From contig CALDNB010000023.1 in the NCBI GenBank assembly GCA_937914775.1, positions 1 to 47,643 of the forward strand: 47,643 bases of DNA, read 5' to 3'. Under the pieces are notes generated by a model that saw only the letters and a program-made list of their open reading frames with translations, was not told the DNA's origin and ran no database searches. Shown here piece by piece: positions 42,801 to 47,643 of the stretch (position 1 is its first letter; every line of letters starts with the position of its first letter). The position numbers were made by a program, and so were the translations under genes. This stretch comes from an uncultured Clostridia bacterium. Its GTDB lineage: Bacteria > Bacillota > Clostridia > Monoglobales > Firm-18.

Positions 42801-44923
42801 ACACGGTTCCATTACAACAGGCGTATTCAGTAATAAACAGCAGAGATTTTGCATGCGGAATGTATGATACTATTAAAAACATCAAAGAGAGTGACGGTTT
42901 TGCAGATAAGTCTGATTTCCTTACAATCAGAAAAGGTGCATTTGCTGCAGGAGAAACTAAATTACAAAAATTCGGCGAAGCAGCAAACTTAATGGAGCAC
43001 ACTGATTTATTTGTTTGTCAGGCAATAGTACGTGCAAGATATTACGAAAACATGAGAGTTCGCAAGATGTCAGAGGCAGAAGCGTTAGCGGAAGCAGACG
43101 ATTTTGCTAAATCTCTTATTGCAGGACGTGGAAAAGGTGATTTACCTCTTATATTCACTGAAACGACTTTTAAAAAAAGGTTATTTACTTCATTCCAACT
43201 TGAGGTTAACAACCAGTTACAATTTTTATTTAAAGATGCACCGAAACGTATTTTAGATGAAAAGGGCATAAAAGGTCTTGCAAATTACATTATCAAGTAT
43301 TTGATTTCTGCTTATATTTACAACGAGTTTTTTGAAAAAATCACCGGCAGAAAAATTGCCATTGATCCGTTAGGGTTTGTTGAGTCCTGCATCGAGTCAT
43401 ACACCGGTATAAGAATACCAAACAAACTTGATATGCTTATGGGTGAAAAAATCAAGTATGAAAAAAACAACGATGGATTCGACCGTGTAGGTGCTGTTTT
43501 TAAAACAGCAAAGGAAGAAATTACAGACCAGATACCGTTTGTTGGTTCCTTGCTTGGCGGTGGACGTATTCCTGCTGCGATGGCAATTCCTGATATGGTA
43601 TCAATCGGCTCATCAATTAAAAATCTTGTTAGCGGAGAGGGAGATGTTGGTAAGAATGTTGAAAATCTTATTACAGACGGTATTCTTCCATTGGCTTATG
43701 GATTTAATAAATTTGGCGGGTTAAATCAGGCAAAAAAGACTGTTCAGGGTATCTCAACTGTTATGAAGGGTGAAGTGCTTGACAACAAGGGTAAATTAAA
43801 GTACGGAGTTGAGCAAACGCTGGGTAATTACATCAAAGGTGCAATTCTTGGGCCGTCATCATTAAAAGACACAAGAGATTTTTACGATGCAGGCGGCAAA
43901 GGACTTACTGATACAGAGCAGAAGTATTATGACAAGGTTACGGAAAGTGGCGTGTCAAAGTACGAGGCATATCAGAACGTAATAGGTGTCAGAAATGCAA
44001 AGAACGAAATATCTCGAAAGAACACTTTCTACAGAATTATGTCCAACGACAAATTTGTGGGCAATGTTAAACTTGGCGCTGACAATGCTGCTTACCAGGA
44101 GATAATGCGGCTTAAAAAAGCAGACACAGGCATATCACTTGATTACACAGTTCCTGACAATTCATTTAAGGTGAATGGAGAAGACGTATTCCTTACCAAC
44201 GCAAAATACAGAAAATATGCTTCTGAGTGCAGCAAGTCTGCTCTTGACGGTATCAAGACATTAATTGCCACGGATTATTACAAAAAGGCAAGTGACGTGG
44301 AAAAGGCGGAGTTAATTGAGGAAATTTACTCTTATTCAAAAGGCATTTCGAAAACTAAAGTGTCAAAATACGAGCCGGAATCAGACGTGCTTAAAGCAAC
44401 ACTTGCGAAAAAAAGCAAAGTTAGTGTTGGTGACTATTTTACATTTAAAAAGCAGTTACCCGAAAAGTACAACGAGGCAGATGCATATTCACTTACACAG
44501 GAATTAAAAATGTCAGAAGAGCAGGCGACAATGCTTACAAATCTTTCAAAGTATTCCTACGACCAATGCAAAAGGTTGCAGGATGCAGGTGGCTTTAAGT
44601 ACAGTCAGCAGGTGAGACGTTTATATACTTCGATGCGTCAGAGAGGTTATGACTGCGACACGATATATGCGCCGATGGTCAGCAAGACGTTTAAGTACAC
44701 CAACAAGAAGCAGGGCATCAGTTACGAGACACAGTTATCAGATGACGATATGCTTAAATTACAGAAAGTGTATTTACACTTATACGAAAAGAAGTTGGGC
44801 GAAGCGTTCCAGCACAATTACAGAAGTATAGAAAGTTTATACGATACTGTTGAGTCTGCACGTTATTCCACAATGACCGAGGCAAAGAAGATATTTTATC
44901 AATATCTGCAGCAGAAGAAGTAA
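36875..44923 (+). CDS. 2682-aa multidomain polyvalent-type virion/ejection protein with a zincin HExxH
   Basis: Uninterrupted ORF with RBS AGGAGG. VVLGHEVTHQ (nt 39074-39088), Gly/Ala-rich hydrophobic blocks, and repeated TTKHSRMTE linkers. Confidence 0.8.
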   Translation: MAIDYEKTLRAAYLPSLDGKLPSQKQEDIYKFDGKFTPYLTPEQKEKQEEIQRYYENIIKKQQLTEPQDNTYKFDGIFTKEQKKMRDLLKALFTETEKERAKAEKEKFEKDALQREKTRITRNADFEKLSKFDDTKDYSTEDIYFLVNNPSHADKAIHLDGRYKDIIKNMDDIERRTFTYHANKHGSDRATQYFLGLEPTIKERMANGEHYQEYYSDLNQEIKDMERVRQATDFDQYKNVAEGELDVLGLVYSKNKGIPGNGDFEKIANFMEPYEKETYNYYFHKFGEESALNYYKLIERKINQRQAEYKSKQTTEFAEEHPVLADVSYPIASLGNFAGLLATAGQNIKNNVTGKDVPVDINSRAFSTVRYRNDVQQSLTEGKSGLEQLLISTGLSIGDMMVALPFGASAGAAILGSNAASHTAYDVMERGGSTAQALGLGIAAGVTEYITEKIPLENIFKLAKGPKLTFTKKVINVLKQSGMEGTEEFISEIANNVYDDLIMGEKSNFNVTKNKYIEMGYSEVEASLKAFTDCYVVNPLMAFAGGAISGGVMGTGGVTVSDFKQNMMTKTEKDVSKIVRNAVVPSTEPSSKQVTPAQTDNKVISTEMSDVGKAAEMKQNNENVASDNGNVEKSTKPLTIEQKIRAFLKSENKRVSTATGKTLTEDAFSIVEPTTRKQKNLVKDCASLGIEVRYIKTQNNDIIGTSHNINGAYRDGVIYINEDAQNPYRVVLGHEVTHQIKVTDVKAYNALEDIARKHIGESFDNLTLDKQEEAVADFVGAVMDNPRAYKSVFQQNRNLLQRFIEAVDSIIGKFRGTETYNDDLGKMLDDTKAELTGEDVGETKYNYSLDFGQQLQDWFDGQGKKYGTYNGEYFDFGTTPDKLIKHGASKNKTIITENCIIKVTGGKHSISIDELKKLPFELNDPVLLFKSTYKDKFGNSKKAFVALTELKDKSGNDVIAAIHINVSHGHNIVDRISSIYSKSDEFGNNKILEYVNTQIGLGNLCDGNIKKASNWFTTKGLQLPNVVQTIIDANNMVSQDEPIVNNNYMQDGENDTQGTTKHSRMTEKANKLQRKDPTKLTENDFRELLDSSKRKVFSDNTYIPARTNTPQILIDFAKELGYILENHPLAMSVYKTRQALSNEQEWDGYFHDKPHNLTSDEIIDIIKGMDNPSYLVFQTQNERFAEIVKFTKDGGNAKAYAIIDFFDIDKNPEYMNGYNGGKYNILVTIYPSDDSLELKQYLNNKNNIVLTGDEIKKKTSSQRGSGSFVPSHLNDLAFYNDSITNPEEKVKDEISDTTKHSRMTENADTSAASEQQSNVIDSNSKVNNYLRRARTMFVNDVEELMNIPKVLKNNDLKQVFNQLWNEYKESGKIAPDSFNKVFDMLYENGKAISTEFYEQYKDLKADIRNTHFRITDDIKSSIPDFEQFRRRNISTFKTAADGVSVDSYYEELSASYPDLFPEDIIAPADRLLRIAEVAKSIKPQEDGFDTFSPEYKDHIRQQFENSFSKVTDQFHWAKRYLDDKVSVDSEEDVVYTAEQVEQLYKQKTLQELVVEKLKDNELLTEKDETTAERLAKGEITVDEIPKDCWREGVIELGNAQKELFDTERSISKHNDGIKAMYRAEAEALIESSDDWKDSKAMFKFTLLTPERIIRSIVKNEDVANRIINKFFVPIGKANAKTVKFINGYAKRVDALKLTKEESEAVQFIGEKQASITNENDAAKKEELTKELEDFFLEHKNLDMKKINFAIKEFRAIYNDIFKQINDVLIANGYGPIEYRKDYFPHFTEDDSNLLNKIAKVIGVDTSVTELPADLTGKTAAFRPGKTFFQNALQRKGNTTTFDAVEGFNRYIKGAADVIFQTENIQRLRALDNAIRYKYSKKGVQEAIKKIEEDPFIAFEDKKSRIDDLTTKNLSKHNGLVNWLTEYTNVLANKKSYADRPDEKNFGRTLTYRLSLWWQKNYAVNMVLHNVSSALSNTVPLQQAYSVINSRDFACGMYDTIKNIKESDGFADKSDFLTIRKGAFAAGETKLQKFGEAANLMEHTDLFVCQAIVRARYYENMRVRKMSEAEALAEADDFAKSLIAGRGKGDLPLIFTETTFKKRLFTSFQLEVNNQLQFLFKDAPKRILDEKGIKGLANYIIKYLISAYIYNEFFEKITGRKIAIDPLGFVESCIESYTGIRIPNKLDMLMGEKIKYEKNNDGFDRVGAVFKTAKEEITDQIPFVGSLLGGGRIPAAMAIPDMVSIGSSIKNLVSGEGDVGKNVENLITDGILPLAYGFNKFGGLNQAKKTVQGISTVMKGEVLDNKGKLKYGVEQTLGNYIKGAILGPSSLKDTRDFYDAGGKGLTDTEQKYYDKVTESGVSKYEAYQNVIGVRNAKNEISRKNTFYRIMSNDKFVGNVKLGADNAAYQEIMRLKKADTGISLDYTVPDNSFKVNGEDVFLTNAKYRKYASECSKSALDGIKTLIATDYYKKASDVEKAELIEEIYSYSKGISKTKVSKYEPESDVLKATLAKKSKVSVGDYFTFKKQLPEKYNEADAYSLTQELKMSEEQATMLTNLSKYSYDQCKRLQDAGGFKYSQQVRRLYTSMRQRGYDCDTIYAPMVSKTFKYTNKKQGISYETQLSDDDMLKLQKVYLHLYEKKLGEAFQHNYRSIESLYDTVESARYSTMTEAKKIFYQYLQQKK
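40048..40077 (+). repeat. 30-bp exact direct repeat, copy 1
   Basis: CACCACAAAACATTCCAGAATGACCGAGAA. Confidence 0.9.
40762..40791 (+). repeat. 30-bp exact direct repeat, copy 2
   Basis: Identical 30-mer, 714 bp downstream of copy 1. Confidence 0.9.
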
Positions 44924-44926
44924 ACG

Positions 44927-44957
44927 AAAAAAGGGGTTGAAAATCAACCCCTTTTTT
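44927..44957 (+). terminator. rho-independent (bidirectional) terminator
   Basis: AAAAAAGGGGTTGA-AAA-TCAACCCCTTTTTT. Confidence 0.75.
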
Positions 44958-44995
44958 GACATCATTTTGACATCATTGACATCATTTTGACATCC
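44956..44995 (+). repeat. four TTGACATC(A/C) direct repeats (candidate integrase/Xis arm sites)
   Basis: Copies at 44956, 44967, 44976 and 44987, spaced 11, 9 and 11 bp. Confidence 0.7.
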
Positions 44996-45052
44996 ATAAA
45001 AACGCTATTTTTTACCAAAATTTACTAAAAATCACAAAGTCAAAAATATAAT

Positions 45053-45097
45053 AAAAGCCATATATACTAGGTATTTTGCCTATATATATGGCTTTTT
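45053..45097 (-). terminator. terminator hairpin downstream of tRNA-Pro (phage-derived side)
   Basis: AAAAGCCATATATA..16-nt loop..TATATATGGCTTTT. Confidence 0.55.
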
Positions 45098-45100
45098 GCG

Positions 45101-45128
45101 TTTGGTCTGAGTGGGGAGACTTGAACTC
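45101..45128. repeat. attR core (within the tRNA-Pro 3' end)
   Basis: Identical to 9069-9096. Confidence 0.85.
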
Positions 45129-45179
45129 CCGGCCTCTTGAACCCCATTCAAGCACGCTACCAAACTGCGCTACACCCAG
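45103..45179 (-). tRNA. tRNA-Pro, anticodon GGG, 77 nt with encoded CCA
   Basis: Folded by hand. Acceptor CTGGGTG/CACTCAG (C1-G72), D arm GCGC/GCGT, anticodon arm CTTGA-ATGGGGT-TCAAG, T arm GGGAG-TTCAAGT-CTCCC, A73, CCA. Confidence 0.9.
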
Positions 45180-45199
45180 ATTTTTATCACGCAGTAAAT

Positions 45200-45228
45200 A
45201 TTATACGGCTATTTCGGCTAAATGTCAA
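45200..45228 (-). promoter_or_regulatory. consensus promoter TTGACA-17-TATAAT for tRNA-Pro
   Basis: Minus strand: TTGACA (45228-45223), 17 nt, TATAAT (45205-45200). Confidence 0.7.
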
Positions 45229-45235
45229 GTATTTT

Positions 45236-45724
45236 TTAAAACTTATTATGTTCTTTTATGGTTCTGTCAATGTTCCTTTTTGCGTCACGTTTTGCAGCGT
45301 CTTCACGCTTATCGTACAGTTTTTTACCCTTTGCAAGAGCAAGTTCAACTTTTACTTTTGAGCCGTTAAAATAAACGGAAGTAGGAATTAAAGAGTAGCC
45401 CTGTTGCTTTACAAGTCCAAGCAGTCTCATAATTTCCCTTTTATGCATTAAAAGTTTTCTTTTTCTTAAAGGGTCTTTATTAAATATGTTTCCCTGTTCA
45501 TAAGGGCTTATGTGCATACCTGTTACAAACATTTCACCTTTTTCCACAGAGGCGAAGGAGTCTTTAAGATTAACTTTTCCTTGTCTTATAGATTTTACTT
45601 CTGTACCGAAAAGTTCTATTCCGCACTCGAATTTTTCTTCTATAAAGTAGTCGTGAAAGGCTTTTTTATTTTGAGCGACGACCTTTATGCTTTGATTTTT
45701 TGCTGTGTTTTCTCCTTGTGCCAT
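45236..45724 (-). CDS. smpB: SsrA-binding protein
   Basis: [30 protein letters not shown]..., LLMHKREI, and a C-terminal basic tail. ATG 45724 is preceded by GGGGTGA. Confidence 0.9.
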   Translation of the reverse strand: MAQGENTAKNQSIKVVAQNKKAFHDYFIEEKFECGIELFGTEVKSIRQGKVNLKDSFASVEKGEMFVTGMHISPYEQGNIFNKDPLRKRKLLMHKREIMRLLGLVKQQGYSLIPTSVYFNGSKVKVELALAKGKKLYDKREDAAKRDAKRNIDRTIKEHNKF

Positions 45725-47249
45725 TAGTTTTTTCACCCCGTTTTTTTATCTGTTTTTCTTTATAGGGAACAAAATCTATTTGTTTTAATTCGGTGTTTAC
45801 TTTTGATAAAATTACATCTATTCTGTCACCGATTTTATATACTTTATCTGAACGCTTACCAAAGAGGACGAAGTTATTTTCGTCAAACTCATAGTAATCG
45901 TCATCTAAGTCAACCATTCTTACCAGGCCCTCAACTGTATTATCCATCTGGACAAAGAAGCCAAAGGAGGTAGTAGAGGAAATAACCCCTGAAAATTTTT
46001 GCCCTATTTTATCTGACATAAATTCACAAGCCTTATAGTCAACATAGTCACGCTCTGCAATAACTGCATCGGCTTCGGTTTCACTACTTTGTAGTGCTGC
46101 CCTTTTTGCATTTACAAACATAACAGATTTGATTTCGTCGGTCAGTTCTCCTTTTATTTCCATAGAAAGTATTCTGTGAACAAACAAGTCGGGATATCTT
46201 CTTATGGGAGAAGTGAAGTGACAGTAATGCTGTGCCGCAAGACCAAAGTGACCAAGGTTTTCCTCGCAGTATCTTGCTTTCATCATAGAGCGAAGCATAA
46301 TTGTACTTATTGCAAGTTCTGCGTCAGTACCTGTTATTTCAAACAACAGATTCTGCATTGCCTTGGGACTTACTGTTTCTTTTAGTTTAAATTTATACCC
46401 AAGAGGTTTTACAACACCTGCAAGGCGTGTTATCTTTTCACTTTCGGGCTCTTCGTGAATACGGAATACCCCGGGCAAATCATTATTTAAAAGATGCTTT
46501 GCAACTGTTTCATTAGCAACAAGCATAAATTCTTCGATTATTTTATTTGCTATAGTTATTTTATATTTGACAATGTCTGTTACCTTGCCGTTTTCGTCTG
46601 TTACAACCTTTGCCTCTGGGAAGTTAAAATCAATACTTCCGCGGCGGCAACGCTTATCCCTTAAAACAAGTGCAAGTTCGCGCATAAGTTCAAGGAGGGG
46701 CACGATTTCGGCGTATTTTTCACGCCCAGACATATCACCGTCCAGTATTTTATAAACGGTATTATAATCCATTCTGTATTTTGTTTTAATTACAGTCTTT
46801 TTAATTTCGTAGTTTATAACGCCGCCGTTTGGCAGTATTTCCATTATACAGGAAAGAGCAAGGCGTGGTTTATGGGGCAAAAGACTGCAAAGGCCGTTTG
46901 ACAGTTTTTTAGGAAGCATAGGAACAACGGTATCTGCAAGGTAAACGCTTGTGCCCCGTATAAATGCCTCGTCGTCAATGGCGGTACCCTCTTTGACATA
47001 GTGGCTTACGTCTGCAATATGAACCCCTAAAAGGTAGTTGCCGTTTTTAAGTTTTTTAAGGGAAACGGCATCGTCTAAATCTTTTGCGTCTTCGCCGTCA
47101 ATAGTGATAATGGTTTCGTCAAAAAGATTCTCGCGACTATTTATTTCGTTATCCGGAATAATGTCGGGAATGTTTTCTAATTCTTTTATGACGGCGTAAT
47201 TAAACTCTACGCTGTAATTCTTTTCGTTTAAATATTCTATAATATCCAT
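45666..47249 (-). CDS. rnr: RNase R/RNase II-family exoribonuclease (RNB plus S1 plus basic tail; no N-terminal cold-shock domains)
   Basis: [28 protein letters not shown]1-like [16 protein letters not shown], Lys/Arg-rich tail. Confidence 0.85.
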   Translation of the reverse strand: MDIIEYLNEKNYSVEFNYAVIKELENIPDIIPDNEINSRENLFDETIITIDGEDAKDLDDAVSLKKLKNGNYLLGVHIADVSHYVKEGTAIDDEAFIRGTSVYLADTVVPMLPKKLSNGLCSLLPHKPRLALSCIMEILPNGGVINYEIKKTVIKTKYRMDYNTVYKILDGDMSGREKYAEIVPLLELMRELALVLRDKRCRRGSIDFNFPEAKVVTDENGKVTDIVKYKITIANKIIEEFMLVANETVAKHLLNNDLPGVFRIHEEPESEKITRLAGVVKPLGYKFKLKETVSPKAMQNLLFEITGTDAELAISTIMLRSMMKARYCEENLGHFGLAAQHYCHFTSPIRRYPDLFVHRILSMEIKGELTDEIKSVMFVNAKRAALQSSETEADAVIAERDYVDYKACEFMSDKIGQKFSGVISSTTSFGFFVQMDNTVEGLVRMVDLDDDYYEFDENNFVLFGKRSDKVYKIGDRIDVILSKVNTELKQIDFVPYKEKQIKKRGEKTNGTRRKHSKKSKHKGRRSK

Positions 47250-47265
47250 AAATTTTCCTTTCGAA

Positions 47266-47296
47266 ATAAAAAAACTGTCCGTTTCGGACAGTTTAA
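47266..47296 (-). terminator. rho-independent terminator
   Basis: Minus strand: AAACTGTCCG-AAA-CGGACAGTTTTTTT. Confidence 0.7.
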
Positions 47297-47300
47297 TTAA

Positions 47301-47643
47301 TTACAAAATTGAAAGCAAAACAGAAGTAAGCAGGAAGATAACTGCAGCAACGCCTGTAACTTTACCATTTTGGTCTACAGTTGCCTTGGATCCGTCAGAA
47401 GAAAACCATATATATTTTGTTGTGTTAGGTGGTGCATACTGCTTGTCAAGAGTGATTTCACTTTCAATACCAACTGAATCAGCTCCTGTTATTTCCATAT
47501 CCTTAATATTGATTGTCGCAGTTCCTGTTTTACCATCCGCATCAGTAGCAGTTACAGTAACTTCACCTTCTGTAGAACCAGCTGTCAGATACCATTCGCC
47601 ATTTTCATTTATTACTTTATCAAAACCATTTTGTTCTAAGTCG
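47301..47643 (-). CDS. C-terminal end of a Big_2 (Ig-like) surface protein with a C-terminal TM anchor; ORF open to the window edge
   Basis: The frame stays open upstream of the track start: ..GEVTVTATDADGKTGTATINIKDMEITGADS.. Also SSDGSKATVDQNGKVTGVA, then VIFLLTSVLLSIL. Confidence 0.65.
   Translation of the reverse strand, partial: DLEQNGFDKVINENGEWYLTAGSTEGEVTVTATDADGKTGTATINIKDMEITGADSVGIESEITLDKQYAPPNTTKYIWFSSDGSKATVDQNGKVTGVAAVIFLLTSVLLSIL

Larger units (their letters stand above)
9069..45128. mobile_element. integrated temperate prophage (~36 kb) in tRNA-Pro(GGG)
   Basis: A 28-bp direct repeat bounds a full set of modules: integrase, immunity, replication, packaging, head, tail and lysis. 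Confidence 0.9.

Noticed and set aside
36875-44923. Tape-measure protein as the call for the 2682-aa ORF
   Set aside because: The gene lies after the lysis cassette at the genome end, not between tail-chaperone and distal-tail genes. It carries a zincin motif and cassette structure. No tube or sheath genes are present. Profile searches could still overturn this.
45076-45369. Plus-strand ORFs (97 and 74 aa) overlapping tRNA-Pro and the smpB 3' end
   Set aside because: They run through a hand-folded canonical tRNA and its promoter. They have no RBS.

Overview
Low-GC Firmicutes/Clostridia-like chromosome carrying one apparently complete ~36 kb temperate prophage. (1) 1-8831 is host DNA. It holds the uxaC 3' end and an MFS transporter, then a five-ORF accessory island in two units that share a ~50-bp promoter/operator element: an unknown 377-aa protein, a 1050-aa WG-repeat protein, a SWIM-finger protein, a 46-aa acidic peptide and an HTH-WYL regulator. 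pnuC follows on the minus strand. (2) 9069-45128 is the prophage, integrated into the 3' end of tRNA-Pro(GGG) and bounded by a 28-bp direct repeat (9069-9096 / 45101-45128). Its modules run left to right. Lysogeny (minus strand): tyrosine integrase, two paralogous membrane proteins, ImmA-like peptidase, XRE/CI-like repressor. Early region: consensus promoter, Cro-like HTH, many small membrane ORFs, two minus-strand morons with their own promoters, Dam methylase, GNAT. Replication: DnaD-like replisome organizer and DnaB helicase. A 660-bp non-coding region is followed by a second, minimal tyrosine recombinase. Packaging and head: TerS, TerL, portal, scaffold, capsid. The tail module is short and has no recognisable tube, sheath or tape measure, which suggests a podovirus-like virion; it includes a collagen-like fibre and a BspA-type LRR protein. 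Lysis: C1 cysteine peptidase-SLH, amidase, holin. The last two genes are a 352-aa ORF and a 2682-aa polyvalent-type giant ORF. (3) 45103-47643 is host DNA: tRNA-Pro, smpB, an RNase R-like gene and the 3' end of a Big_2 surface protein. No CRISPR array, rRNA or transposase was seen. The items most worth a second look are the giant multi-cassette protein with repeat-flanked modules, a duplicated ~100-bp regulatory module heading two early operons, two iteron-type origin candidates, and an ORF split by one in-frame TGA. Others are apparent ATT start codons at the head of the late operon, the extra FimB/E-sized recombinase behind a long leader, a half-PnuC-like 70-aa phage protein, paralogous membrane proteins in the immunity region, and a scar of an earlier integration outside attL. 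All family assignments come from motif recognition by eye, not from searches.
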